A stretch of 64,000 nucleotides of DNA from NCBI GenBank assembly GCA_020638835.1, contig JACKHV010000009.1, forward strand, positions 17,093 through 81,092, in the 5' to 3' direction. Origin of the DNA: Planctomycetota bacterium (GTDB lineage Bacteria > Planctomycetota > UBA1135 > GCA-002686595). Made by a program: the position numbers and the translations under genes. Numbering within the stretch: position 1 is the stretch's first letter; each line of letters starts with the position of its first letter. Under the pieces are notes generated by a model. The model had not been told where the DNA came from. It did not search any database and saw nothing but the letters and a program-made list of their open reading frames with translations. Below are positions 47,868 through 57,387 of the stretch, piece by piece.

Positions 47868-50294
47868 CTACCTCCGCCGCAACTCGCCCGGCTCCGCCGC
47901 GACGAGAGCCTGGAAGCGCGGGAGTTCGCGCAGGGAAGCGAGGTCGGGGTCGGAGAGGGCCCAGGCTTGTTGGCGTTCGAGGCTGCCGGGGGTCGGGTGG
48001 TTCTCGGTGAAGTCGCGTTCGAGGTAGTCGAGGGCGCGGTCGGCGTCGCCGAGGAGGGCGTGGGTGCAGGCGAGGTTGTAGTAGTTCGAGGGCGCTTCGA
48101 GGGCCTCGGCCAGGATGGCTCGGGCTTCGGCCGCTTGGCCCATGCGGGCGCGGTAGCAGGCAAGGAGGACGTCACCGGCTTCGCTGGGCGCGAGGGCGTG
48201 GGCGCGCTCGAAGTACTCGAGGGCCCGCTCTTGTTCGCCGAGCTTGACGTTCGCGTTGACGGCGAGGGAGACGAGCGCGCCGGCGCGGCGGATGCGCACG
48301 CGCTGGACGGAGGCTTCGTCGGAGCCGCGCTCGACCAGCAGGTTCTCGAGGCCCTCGAGCCGCTCGATCGCTCGCAACAGCTGTTTCTCGGCGCGCTCCC
48401 CTTCCCCCTCGTCCGTCAGGCTGCCTCCGATCACGAGCTGCGCTTCGATCGCGAGGTTCAAGCCCATGCCGGTCTTGGCGTCGAGCTCGCGCGAGACGAG
48501 CGCGTCGAGCAGCGCGGTCCCGAGCATGCGCGCGTCGGCGCTGCGCCCGTCGTCGCGCAGGTCCTCCGCGAGCCACAGCGCCATGCTGGACGGCGCGCGC
48601 AGATCCTCCATCGGCGGGTCCTTCTCGTTGCGACTCAGCTGCCAGCGCAAGATCGCGAGTTCCGTCTCTTCGTCCGGCGTCATGCGTTCGCCAGCGCGCG
48701 CGAGCTCGATCGCGCGCAGCTCGAGGCGCATCGCGCGTTCTTGCAGCAAGCGGCGGCGGCTCTCGGGGATCTCCTTCAACCAGAGCGAGCGCTGCGGATC
48801 CTGCTCGGGGTCGGCGAGCGCCGGAGCGAGGCCGTCGACCGGTTCGAATCCGGGGAACTCGAAGGAAGCCACGGAAGCGAGGCAACGCCCCAATTCCGCG
48901 CGCATCCGGAAGGACCGGTCGACGGGCCAAGCGGCGTGCGGAGGTCGCGCGAACAAGAGGCGCGTCGGCGCGGCGTCCGACGACATCAGGTCGTCGAAGC
49001 TGCCGAGTTCCGGGCTGTCGGCGGAAGTCGCGGAGACTTGTGCTTCGAGCGACAAGGAGTGCGCGCGCCGACAGAGTTCGAGCAGGCGCAGGTCGGACGC
49101 TGTGCCTCCTTCCGCCAGTGCGACGAGACAGCGCGCGAGTTCGACCGCGGCGCGGTCCATCAGGCGCGACGCGTGGCGCGCGCTGGTCCCGGGGCGCGGC
49201 AAGTCGTTCGAGTCGAGCGCGAGATCGACGCGGGACGCGAGCGCTTCGTCATGCAGCGCAGCGGCGCGATCGAGCGACTTCGTCGCGGCGCGCGCGTCAC
49301 CGGACGCCAGTTCCGCCATGCCGCGGTAGTACGCGGCGCGCGCCTTCCACTCGTCTCCGACGTCGAAGAGCGGGGACTCCGCGATGCGCTGCGCGGCGGC
49401 GATCGCCACGGCGGGGTCCATACCGCGCGTCAACGCGTGTTCCGCGCGCAGCGCTTCGAACAGGCGCGGATCGCGCTGTCCGCTCGCGAGTTCGGCGAGC
49501 AGGCGGTCGGCGCGCTCGGGCGTCTCGAGCCGGCGGCAAGCGCGCAGAAACTCATCGATGGCGACCATCGCGGCGCGGCGCACTTGCAGCGCGGGGTGGC
49601 GCAGCCCGAGCTCGATCGGCGCGCGGCGGCGCGCGAGGTCGACGCCGGAGCGGTCCTCGCCGAATCGGCGCCCGTAGGCCGCGAGCAGCGCGGCGAGCAC
49701 GTCGGTGTCGAGACGCGCCTCCGGTTCGGCCTCGAAGGCGCGCGTGAGCCGGTCTTCGATCATCGGACCTCCCGCGCGCAGTTCGCCGAGCGCCCGCGCC
49801 GCGGCCTGGCGCTCGGGCGCGGCCCAGGCGTCGATCCACTCGTCCAGCAGACCCGCGCCGAGCTCGCCGCCGAGCGCCGTCGCCGCCGCGATCAGTTCGC
49901 CTGACGGTCCGACCGCCGGTCCGCTCTCCCCTAGCGTGCGGAAGGCGTCCGCGACCTCCGCGCGCCGTTCCGGCCCCGAGGCGTGCGCGGCGAGACCGCG
50001 CAGCAAGTCGCGGCGCGTGCGGCGGTCGGACTCGCCCGCGAGCGCGGACAGCGCGCCGGGGAAAGCCGCGTCCGAGCCGTAGCGGTCGAACCAGCGCGCC
50101 CGCGCGCGGCGCACGGAGAGCGCGGCGTCCGCTTGCCCCGCGAACAGCTCCGCGCCGCGCTCAGTGGCGAACAGCTCTTCGGCGAGCGCCTCGTCGTAGC
50201 CTCCCGGACCCGACGCCAGCCGGTCGGCCACCGACACGACGGCAGCGTCCTGGGGCGCGAATAGAGAGAGGAAGAGCGCGAGGGCGAGGATCAA
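47868..50294 (-). CDS. Exported HEAT-like / TPR repeat protein (808 aa)
   Basis: Signal MILALALFLSLFAPQDA. Ala/Leu/Arg-rich helical repeats throughout. Clear TPR units near the C-terminus (YYNLACTHALLGDADRALDYLERD; AYYRGMAELASGDARAATKSLDRA). Confidence 0.65.
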   Translation of the reverse strand: MILALALFLSLFAPQDAAVVSVADRLASGPGGYDEALAEELFATERGAELFAGQADAALSVRRARARWFDRYGSDAAFPGALSALAGESDRRTRRDLLRGLAAHASGPERRAEVADAFRTLGESGPAVGPSGELIAAATALGGELGAGLLDEWIDAWAAPERQAAARALGELRAGGPMIEDRLTRAFEAEPEARLDTDVLAALLAAYGRRFGEDRSGVDLARRRAPIELGLRHPALQVRRAAMVAIDEFLRACRRLETPERADRLLAELASGQRDPRLFEALRAEHALTRGMDPAVAIAAAQRIAESPLFDVGDEWKARAAYYRGMAELASGDARAATKSLDRAAALHDEALASRVDLALDSNDLPRPGTSARHASRLMDRAAVELARCLVALAEGGTASDLRLLELCRRAHSLSLEAQVSATSADSPELGSFDDLMSSDAAPTRLLFARPPHAAWPVDRSFRMRAELGRCLASVASFEFPGFEPVDGLAPALADPEQDPQRSLWLKEIPESRRRLLQERAMRLELRAIELARAGERMTPDEETELAILRWQLSRNEKDPPMEDLRAPSSMALWLAEDLRDDGRSADARMLGTALLDALVSRELDAKTGMGLNLAIEAQLVIGGSLTDEGEGERAEKQLLRAIERLEGLENLLVERGSDEASVQRVRIRRAGALVSLAVNANVKLGEQERALEYFERAHALAPSEAGDVLLACYRARMGQAAEARAILAEALEAPSNYYNLACTHALLGDADRALDYLERDFTENHPTPGSLERQQAWALSDPDLASLRELPRFQALVAAEPGELRRR

Positions 50295-50306
50295 GGCACC
50301 GGACCT

Positions 50307-51308
50307 CTAGTCCGCGGGATGCCGCCGGCGTTCGAGCACGCGACGGCCGATCCCCAGTCTACGCGCTGCCGCAGATCGATTCCCGCGTTCCAGGCGCAGC
50401 GCCGCCTCGATCAGCGCGCCTTCGAGCGTCGCGAGGTCGAGGCCCAGCGCGAGCGCGCGCTCGGCGAGTTCCCGTTCGACGCCGACCAGGTCCTCGTCCA
50501 GGAAGGCGAGCTCGCCGAGCTCGACGGAACCGCCTTGCGCACCGCCGAGCACGTGCAGACGCTCGAGGCAGTTCTCGAGCTCGCGCAGGTTCCCCGGCCA
50601 GGGGTGCTTCGCAAGGCGTTCCAGGACGGCGGCATCCAGTGGTCGCGCCGGAACGCCGAGTCGCCGCGCGACGCGCTCCGTCAGCAGGCGCGCGATGCCG
50701 ATGAACTCCCCCCGGCGCTCGCGCAGCGGCGGAAGGGCGAGCTCGATCACGGCGAGGCGGTAGTAGAGGTCCTCGCGGAAGCCGCCGCGGCGCACGCGCT
50801 CGCGCAGGTCCGCGGACGCGGTCGCGACGACGCGCACGTCGAGCGGGACGGGTTCTTCCGAGCCGAGCGGTTCGACCTCGCGCTCCTGGAGCACGCGCAG
50901 AAGCTTGACCTGGGTCTCGAGCCGCAGGCACTCGATGCCGGCCAGCACGATCGTCCCGGCCTGGGCCCGCTCGAAGCGGCCGCGACGCCGCCCCGCCGCG
51001 CCGGTGAAGGCGCCGGCCTCGTGCCCGAAGAGCTCCGCCTCGATCAGGCTCGGCGACAGGGCCGCCAATGCGACCTCGATCAGGGGTCCCGCCGCCCGCG
51101 GACCCGCGGCGTGCAGCTCGCGCGCTGCCGACCCCTTGCCGCTGCCGCTCTCCCCGGTGAGGAGCACGGTCGCGTCGCTCTCCGCCGCGCGCGCGAGGCG
51201 TTCGCGGACGCTCGACGGCAACCAGTGCGCGCGGGGCGCTTCGAGCGGATCATGATTCACGAGCGACGGCCCCCGGGAGGGCCCCCAGGTTGACTCAGGA
51301 GGGCCCAT
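50307..51308 (-). CDS. Sigma-54-dependent transcriptional activator (bEBP) lacking a receiver or sensor domain
   Basis: ATG 51308. Walker A VLLTGESGSGKG, sigma-54 contact loop GAFTGA (ELFGHEAGAFTGAAGRRRGRFE), REDLYYRL, WPGNLRELEN and a C-terminal Fis-type HTH NRSAAARRLGIGRRVLERR. Only about 35 aa precede the AAA+ core. Confidence 0.85.
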   Translation of the reverse strand: MGPPESTWGPSRGPSLVNHDPLEAPRAHWLPSSVRERLARAAESDATVLLTGESGSGKGSAARELHAAGPRAAGPLIEVALAALSPSLIEAELFGHEAGAFTGAAGRRRGRFERAQAGTIVLAGIECLRLETQVKLLRVLQEREVEPLGSEEPVPLDVRVVATASADLRERVRRGGFREDLYYRLAVIELALPPLRERRGEFIGIARLLTERVARRLGVPARPLDAAVLERLAKHPWPGNLRELENCLERLHVLGGAQGGSVELGELAFLDEDLVGVERELAERALALGLDLATLEGALIEAALRLERGNRSAAARRLGIGRRVLERRRHPAD

Positions 51309-51486
51309 ATACCACACTGTCGAGTCACCCGAGTCTCTCCGAAGGGGCACGAAGCGCACTGAGCGAGCAGGGCAGTGCGTGGGCCGACCGAGGAAGTGGG
51401 CCCCCCCACTTCTTCTTCTACATTTAAGGAGCACGTTCGAAGTCGCGCACACCACGCGCGGCGCCGAGCGAGCAGCCGCACCGAGC

Positions 51487-52557
51487 ATGAATCACGAAGA
51501 TCTGATCCGCTACGTCGAGGTCATCCACCGCGACAAGGACATCCCGAAGGAGATCCTCTTCCGGGTGCTCGAAGACACGTTGGCGCAAGGCGTCCGCAAA
51601 CGCCTCGGCGTGGGCGAGGATCTCGTCGTGAAGATCAACCGCGAGTCGGGTGAGATCACGATGGAGGACGACGAGGAAGAGTACGAGTTCGACCTCTCCG
51701 TCCTCGGTCGCATCGTGGCGCAGGCGGTCAAGCAGGGCTTCACGCAGCGCGTGCGCGAGGCGGAACGCGACGTGCTCTACGACGAGTACGAGGCGCGCGT
51801 CGGCTCGCTGCTGAACGGCGTGGTGCAACGCTTCGAAGGCGACTTCGTGGTGGTCAACTTGGGTCGCGTGGAGGCGCTGATCGGCAAGGAGGACCGCGTC
51901 CGCGGCGAGACCTACAACCCGGGCGACCGCATCCGCGGCCTGCTCGTCGAAGTGCGCAAGGAAGGCTCGCGCGTCAAGCTGTTCATGAGCCGCACGCACC
52001 CCGACCTGGTGCGTCGACTGTTCGCTCTCGAAGTCCCCGAGATCGCCGACAACATCATCGAGATCAAGCGCGTTGTGCGCGAACCCGGCTATCGCACCAA
52101 GATGGCCGTGATCTCGCAGGACCCGAAGATCGACTGCATCGGCGCCTGCGTCGGCGTGCGCGGATCGCGGATCAAGGCCGTCATCGACGAGCTGCGCGGC
52201 GAGCGCATCGACATCATCCGCTGGTCCGACTCGCTCGAGACGCTGATCATGAACGGCCTGAAGCCCGCCGTGATCCACCTCGACAACATCTTCCCCGACG
52301 TCGACGCGCACCGCGCGATCGTCATCGTGGACGAGGACCAACAGTCCCTCGCGATCGGCAAGAAAGGCCAGAACGTGCGTCTGGCCAGCAAGCTGTGCGG
52401 CTGGGACATCGACATCAAGACGCGGGCCGAGTTCGAGGGCGGCGGTGACGAATCCGCCGACTACGACGCGCTCGACACGGACGATGAGTCCGACGGCGAG
52501 GCGCCCAGCGCGGCCGAGACACAAGCTCCCGCGGAAGGCGCGAGCGCCGAGAACTGA
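51487..52557 (+). CDS. nusA: Transcription termination/antitermination factor NusA
   Basis: ATG 51487. MNHEDLIRYVEVIHRDKDIPKEILFRVLEDTL (NusA N-terminus). S1-like GVVQRFEGDFVVVNLGRVEALI. KH domains (PEIADNIIEIKRVVREPGYRTKMAV...DPIGACVGVRGSRIKAVIDEL; LAIGKKGQNVRLASKLCGWDIDI). Confidence 0.95.
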   Translation: MNHEDLIRYVEVIHRDKDIPKEILFRVLEDTLAQGVRKRLGVGEDLVVKINRESGEITMEDDEEEYEFDLSVLGRIVAQAVKQGFTQRVREAERDVLYDEYEARVGSLLNGVVQRFEGDFVVVNLGRVEALIGKEDRVRGETYNPGDRIRGLLVEVRKEGSRVKLFMSRTHPDLVRRLFALEVPEIADNIIEIKRVVREPGYRTKMAVISQDPKIDCIGACVGVRGSRIKAVIDELRGERIDIIRWSDSLETLIMNGLKPAVIHLDNIFPDVDAHRAIVIVDEDQQSLAIGKKGQNVRLASKLCGWDIDIKTRAEFEGGGDESADYDALDTDDESDGEAPSAAETQAPAEGASAEN

Positions 52558-52623
52558 TCCGACCATCCCCCTCGATCAGTCACTCCGAGAACGAATCCAC
52601 CACCCGACCGGACGGGAATCCAT

Positions 52624-55401
52624 TTGAGCAAGAAGCGCATTCACGAGCTGGCCAAGGAGTACGGACTGAGCGGCAAGGACCTCGCCGCCAAGCTCCGTAG
52701 CTTGGGCTACAGCAACGCCAAGAGTCACATGACAGCCCTCGACGAGTTCGAGGTCCTGCAGGCTCAGGCCTTGCTCGAGGCTCACGGCATCATCCAAGAG
52801 TCGGGCGGCGAGAGCGTCGAGGATCTCGGTGGCGGGCTGATCCTTCGCAAGAAGAAGAAGAAGAAGGTCGAGACCCCCGAGCCGGAGCCGGAACTCTCCG
52901 CCGAGGAATCGGCGGAAGAAGAAGCGCCCGAGCCGGAGCCCGAAGCGGCCCCCGAGCCGGTCGCCGAGGCCCCCGCCCCCAGCGAGCCGACGCCCGCCGC
53001 GCCGGCCCCGGAACCCGCAGCTCCCGTCGCCGCGGAGGCCGCGCCCGCTCCCGCCGAGGTCGAAGAACCGGCGCCGGCCCCCGAGCCCCGCGTCGATGAG
53101 ACCGTCGAAGCCGCCGAGCCCGCCGAGGCCGCCGCGAGCGCGACCGAGGAGGCGGAAGCCAAGGCCGAGCCGGCCCCGGCCGAAGCCAAGGCGGACGCCG
53201 GCACCGAGACGACCACCGCGGCTCCGGAAGCCAAGGAGGCCAAGCCGGCCGCCGCGAAGGCGAAGACCGCGAAGGTCGTCGTCAAGCCGAAGCGCCAGGG
53301 CAAGGTCGTCGGCTTCATCGACCTGTCGAAGATCCAGACCGGCGAGCCGAAGAAGAGCCAGTCGCGCCGACTGCGCTCGCGCGACGACGTCGTGCCGGAC
53401 GTGCAGCCGACGATGCGCCACGATCCGCGCAAGGCGATGATGCGCGGCGACCGCGGTGCGCGCGACGTGCTCAGCGCCTCGCAGCTGCGTGAGCGCGAAG
53501 CGGGACGCTTCCTGCGTCGAGGCCGTCAACAGCAGACCGGTGGCGGTCGCGGCCGCAGCGGCGGACGCGGTCGTTCGCGCGACATGTCGTCGCCCGGATC
53601 GCCCTACGCCGGCAGCGAGGTCAAGATCGAGGAACCGATCACCGTCAAGAAGCTGGCGGAGACGCTGTCCGTGAAGGGCAACGAGATGCTCAAGACAGCT
53701 TGGGGCATGCTCGGGTTCGGCAAGGTGAACATCAACTCGCACCTCGACGAGGACACCGCGACGCTGCTCGCGAACGAGTTCGAGGTCGAGCTGCACATCA
53801 TCAAGATCGTCGAGGCCGAAGAGGCGCTGATCGAGGATCTCAAGGCGACGCGCTCCGCGATCGAAGAAGAGCACCTCGAGGTGCGCTCCCCCACCGTGGC
53901 CTTCCTCGGTCACGTCGACCACGGCAAGACGACGCTGATCGACAAGATTCGCGCCTCGGCCGTCGCCGAGGGTGAGGACGGCGGCATCACGCAACACATC
54001 GGCGCCTACCGCGTCACGACGGACAAGGGTCACGACCTGACGATCGTCGACACGCCGGGTCACGCCGCCTTCACGAACATGCGCGCCCGCGGCGCGAAGG
54101 CCGTGGACGTGGTCGTGCTCGTCGTCGCCGCCGACGCGGGCGTGCAGCCGCAGACGGAAGAAGCGCTCAACCACGCGCGCGTTGCCAAGTCGCCGATCGT
54201 CGTCGCGCTGACGAAGATCGACCGACCCGAAGCGAACCCGCAGAAGGCGCAGGAACAGCTCGCCGGCCTGAACCTGATCCCCGAGGCCTGGGGCGGCGAG
54301 ACCGCCATGATCCCGGTCAGCGGCATCACCGGCGAAGGCATCCAGGACCTCCTGGAGCGCGTGTTCCTCGAGTCCGAGATCCTCGAGCTCAGCTGCCACG
54401 CCGACGGCCCCGCCTCCGGCGTGGTGCTCGAGGCCGAGGTCGAGCAGGGCAAGGGCATCGTCGCGCACGTGCTCGTCCAGGACGGCACGCTGAAGCGCGG
54501 CGACGTGATCCTCGCCGGCGAGGGCTACGGCAAGGTGCGTTCGCTGACGAACGACCGCGGCAAGGTCGTCGAGACGGCCGGACCGTCAGTGCCCGTCGAA
54601 GTCTCCGGTCTGTCGGCGCTGCCCGGCATCGGTGAAGCCTTCCACGTGGTCAAGAACCTCGCGAGCGCCAAGGAAGTCGCCGAGGAACGCTCGCGCAAGA
54701 CGCGCGCGCAGATGCTCGCCGAGTCGAGCCAGCAGAAGGGCGCGGCCTTCCTCGAGACCGTCACCGGTCCGAAGGTCGAAGAGGTCAACGTCATCCTCCG
54801 CACGGACGTGCAGGGTTCCGCCGAAGTGCTCAAGCAGTCGGTGATGGACCTGGCGCACACCGAAGTGCGCCCGAAGGTCATCCAGGCCGGCGTCGGCGCG
54901 GTGACGGAGAATGACGTGCTGCTCGCCTCGACGTCCGACGCGTTGGTCATCGCCTTCCGTGTCGGCGTGAACGCGAAGGCGCGTCAGGCCGCGGAGCGCG
55001 ACGGCGTGGAGATCCGCTCGTACAACGTGCTCTACAGCGTGCTCGACGACCTGCGCGACGTGATGGAGGGCCGCCTGGCTCCCGAGGTCCGCGAGGAGAT
55101 CGCCGGCCACGCCGAGATCAAGCGCGTGTTCAAGTCGTCGAAGTTCGGCTCGATCGCCGGTTGCGCGGTGCTCGACGGCACGATCGCGCGCGACCACCGC
55201 GTCCGCCTGATGCGCGACGACACCGTCGTCTGGACGGGCGGCCTGGCCTCGATCCGTCGCGAGAAGGACGAGACCAAGGAAGTCCGCGAAGGCTTCGAGT
55301 GCGGCATCCTCCTCAAGGGCTACAACGACATCCGCGAAGGCGACGTCATCGAGAGCTTCAAGGTCACCGAGATCAAGCGGACCCTCGAAGACGCCTCCTG
55401 A
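52624..55401 (+). CDS. infB: Translation initiation factor IF-2
   Basis: TTG start. N-terminal MSKKRIHELAKEYGLSGKDL. Pro/Ala/Glu-rich linker. GTPase VAFLGHVDHGKTTLIDKIR...VDTPGHAAF...TKIDR. Conserved C-terminal domains. 925 aa. Confidence 0.97.
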   Translation: MSKKRIHELAKEYGLSGKDLAAKLRSLGYSNAKSHMTALDEFEVLQAQALLEAHGIIQESGGESVEDLGGGLILRKKKKKKVETPEPEPELSAEESAEEEAPEPEPEAAPEPVAEAPAPSEPTPAAPAPEPAAPVAAEAAPAPAEVEEPAPAPEPRVDETVEAAEPAEAAASATEEAEAKAEPAPAEAKADAGTETTTAAPEAKEAKPAAAKAKTAKVVVKPKRQGKVVGFIDLSKIQTGEPKKSQSRRLRSRDDVVPDVQPTMRHDPRKAMMRGDRGARDVLSASQLREREAGRFLRRGRQQQTGGGRGRSGGRGRSRDMSSPGSPYAGSEVKIEEPITVKKLAETLSVKGNEMLKTAWGMLGFGKVNINSHLDEDTATLLANEFEVELHIIKIVEAEEALIEDLKATRSAIEEEHLEVRSPTVAFLGHVDHGKTTLIDKIRASAVAEGEDGGITQHIGAYRVTTDKGHDLTIVDTPGHAAFTNMRARGAKAVDVVVLVVAADAGVQPQTEEALNHARVAKSPIVVALTKIDRPEANPQKAQEQLAGLNLIPEAWGGETAMIPVSGITGEGIQDLLERVFLESEILELSCHADGPASGVVLEAEVEQGKGIVAHVLVQDGTLKRGDVILAGEGYGKVRSLTNDRGKVVETAGPSVPVEVSGLSALPGIGEAFHVVKNLASAKEVAEERSRKTRAQMLAESSQQKGAAFLETVTGPKVEEVNVILRTDVQGSAEVLKQSVMDLAHTEVRPKVIQAGVGAVTENDVLLASTSDALVIAFRVGVNAKARQAAERDGVEIRSYNVLYSVLDDLRDVMEGRLAPEVREEIAGHAEIKRVFKSSKFGSIAGCAVLDGTIARDHRVRLMRDDTVVWTGGLASIRREKDETKEVREGFECGILLKGYNDIREGDVIESFKVTEIKRTLEDAS

Positions 55402-55428
55402 GCGGCGGATCGCAGTCACCACCAGGAC

Positions 55429-55800
55429 ATGGCGAATCCTCGCACGATCGCTCGCATGGAAGCGCGCATCAAGGAGCGCGCGGCCTACTGCTTGCAGTTC
55501 GAGCTGAACGATCCGCGCGCGGGCCTCGTCACCATCACCAAGGTCGAGCTCGCGCAGGATCTACAGTCCGGCAAGATCTTCTACTCGACGCTCGGCGACG
55601 AGTCCGACCGCAACAAGTGCATGGCGATGCTCGCCTCGGCGGCCGGCTACGTGCAGCGGCAAGTCGCGCGCGTGCTCGAGACGCGCACCGTCCCCCACCT
55701 CAGCTTCCACTTCGACGAGAGCCTCGAGCGAGCGGCCAACATGGACCGCTTGATCAACGAGGCGCTCAAGAAGGACGGCGAGGTGCGCGGCGACGAATAG
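55429..55800 (+). CDS. rbfA: Ribosome-binding factor A
   Basis: 123 aa. RIKERAAYCLQFELNDPRAGLVTITKVELAQDLQSGKIFYS...PHLSFHFDESLERA. Canonical position after infB. Confidence 0.9.
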   Translation: MANPRTIARMEARIKERAAYCLQFELNDPRAGLVTITKVELAQDLQSGKIFYSTLGDESDRNKCMAMLASAAGYVQRQVARVLETRTVPHLSFHFDESLERAANMDRLINEALKKDGEVRGDE

Positions 55801-55815
55801 CGCGCTTCTCCGCGC

Positions 55816-57240
55816 CTACTTGCGGCGCCAGGTGGTCCCCGCCGCGCCGTCCTCGACGAGGATGCCCCGCGCGTCGAGCTCGTCGCGGATGCGGTCGCTC
55901 TCGGCCCAGTTCTTGTCGGCGCGCGCCTGCTTGCGGGCCGCGATCAGGGCGTCGATCTCCGCGTCGTCCTCGCCGGCTTCGCGCTCGGTGCGGATCACGC
56001 CGAGCACGTCGTTGACCTCGTCGAGGAAATGCAAGGCGTCCGCGGCAGCGTCCCGCCCCAGCCGGTCCTCGTTCACTTCGCCGCGCAGGCCGAAGATCGC
56101 GGCGAGCCCGCGCGGGACGTTCAGGTCGTCGTTCATGCCGGCCTCGAACTCCTCGCGCGCCTTGGCGACCAGCTCGGCGCCGGCACCGGCCTCCGTCGCG
56201 CCACCTTCGCCCGCGGCGACGGCGGTGAGCTTCTCGTAGAGGCGGTCGAGCCCGTCGAGCGCCTTCTTCGAGTCCTCCATGATGCCCCAGGTGAAGTTCA
56301 GCGGCTGGCGGTAGTGACCGCGCAACAGCGTGAACCGCAGCGCGCGCGGCTCGTAGCCGTGGTCGACGACGTCCTGGACCGTGTAGACGTTGCCCAGGCT
56401 CTTGGACATCTTGCCGCCGTCCACCTGCAGGAACTTCGCGTGCATCCAGTAGTTGGCGAACGGACCGCCCGAGAAGCTCTCGCTCTGCGCGATCTCGCAC
56501 TCGTGGTGCGGGAAGACGTTGTCCTCGCCGCCCGTGTGGATGTCGATGTGATCGCCGAGGTGCTTGCGCGCCATCGCGGAGCACTCGATGTGCCAGCCGG
56601 GGAAGCCGTCGGGCCCGAAGCGCGTGTCCCACTTCATCAAGTGCGCCGCGTCGTGCTTCCAGAGCGCGAAGTCGGCGGGGTGCCGCTTCTCCTCGTTGAC
56701 CTCGATGCGCGCGCCCGCATCCAGGTCCTCGACCCGGTTCCCGGACAGCTTGCCGTAGCGCTCGAAGCGCGAGACGTCGAAGTAGACGTTGCCGTCGACC
56801 TCGTACGCGTAGCCCTTCTCGATCAGCGCCGCGATCATCTCGAGCATCTCCTCGATGTGGTCGGTCGCGCGCGGATAGACGGACGCCTTGCGCACGCCGA
56901 GCGCGGCGAGGTCCTCGTGGAACTGCGCTTCGTGCGCGCGGGCGATCTTCCAGGGATCGGTGCCGCTGCGCTTCGCCTGCGCCTCGATCTTGTCCTCGCC
57001 CTCCTCCTCGTCCGCGACGAGGTGGCCGACGTCGGTGATGTTCATCACCTGCTTCACGTCGTACCCGAGGTGCTCGAGCCAGCGCCGCAGGAGGTCCGCG
57101 AACAGGAAGGAGCGCAGGTTCCCGATGTGCGCCCGGCCGTAGACCGTCGGGCCGCAGTTGTACATCCGGACCTTGCCGGCTTCGATCGGGCGGAAGGCTT
57201 CCTTCTGCTTGCCGAGCGAGTTGTAGATCTCGAAGCCCAT
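55816..57240 (-). CDS. cysS: Cysteine--tRNA ligase
   Basis: [45 protein letters not shown] (HIGN/HIGH motif), [20 protein letters not shown] 57240 or 57243, directly after GGGAGGA. It is the last 475 codons of a 1678-aa shadow ORF. Confidence 0.95.
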   Translation of the reverse strand: MGFEIYNSLGKQKEAFRPIEAGKVRMYNCGPTVYGRAHIGNLRSFLFADLLRRWLEHLGYDVKQVMNITDVGHLVADEEEGEDKIEAQAKRSGTDPWKIARAHEAQFHEDLAALGVRKASVYPRATDHIEEMLEMIAALIEKGYAYEVDGNVYFDVSRFERYGKLSGNRVEDLDAGARIEVNEEKRHPADFALWKHDAAHLMKWDTRFGPDGFPGWHIECSAMARKHLGDHIDIHTGGEDNVFPHHECEIAQSESFSGGPFANYWMHAKFLQVDGGKMSKSLGNVYTVQDVVDHGYEPRALRFTLLRGHYRQPLNFTWGIMEDSKKALDGLDRLYEKLTAVAAGEGGATEAGAGAELVAKAREEFEAGMNDDLNVPRGLAAIFGLRGEVNEDRLGRDAAADALHFLDEVNDVLGVIRTEREAGEDDAEIDALIAARKQARADKNWAESDRIRDELDARGILVEDGAAGTTWRRK

Positions 57241-57387
57241 CATTCCTCCCGAGGACCGTCGTGCGTCGCAGCGGCACCGCGTCCGGAGGCTGCAGGGGTG
57301 AGAGAGTAGCCGACGCCCCGCGGGCGGCCAAGCGCTCGTGAAGCCGGAGCGAGAGCGGCGCGATGCCGCGCGGGAACGGCGTTCTCC

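Noticed and set aside
51309-51486. Missing rimP upstream of nusA, and an AAGGAG at 51427-51432
   Set aside because: The AAGGAG is not followed by a start codon at a usable distance, and NusA clearly begins at ATG 51487 (MNHEDLIRYVE...). Absence of rimP at this locus is a synteny variation rather than evidence of a hidden gene. The frame 51379-51486 is an Arg/Pro/Leu-rich run-in with no signal.
52849-52866. (AAG)6 microsatellite
   Set aside because: It lies in frame inside infB and encodes KKKKKK in the variable N-terminal linker of IF-2. This is ordinary low-complexity coding sequence.
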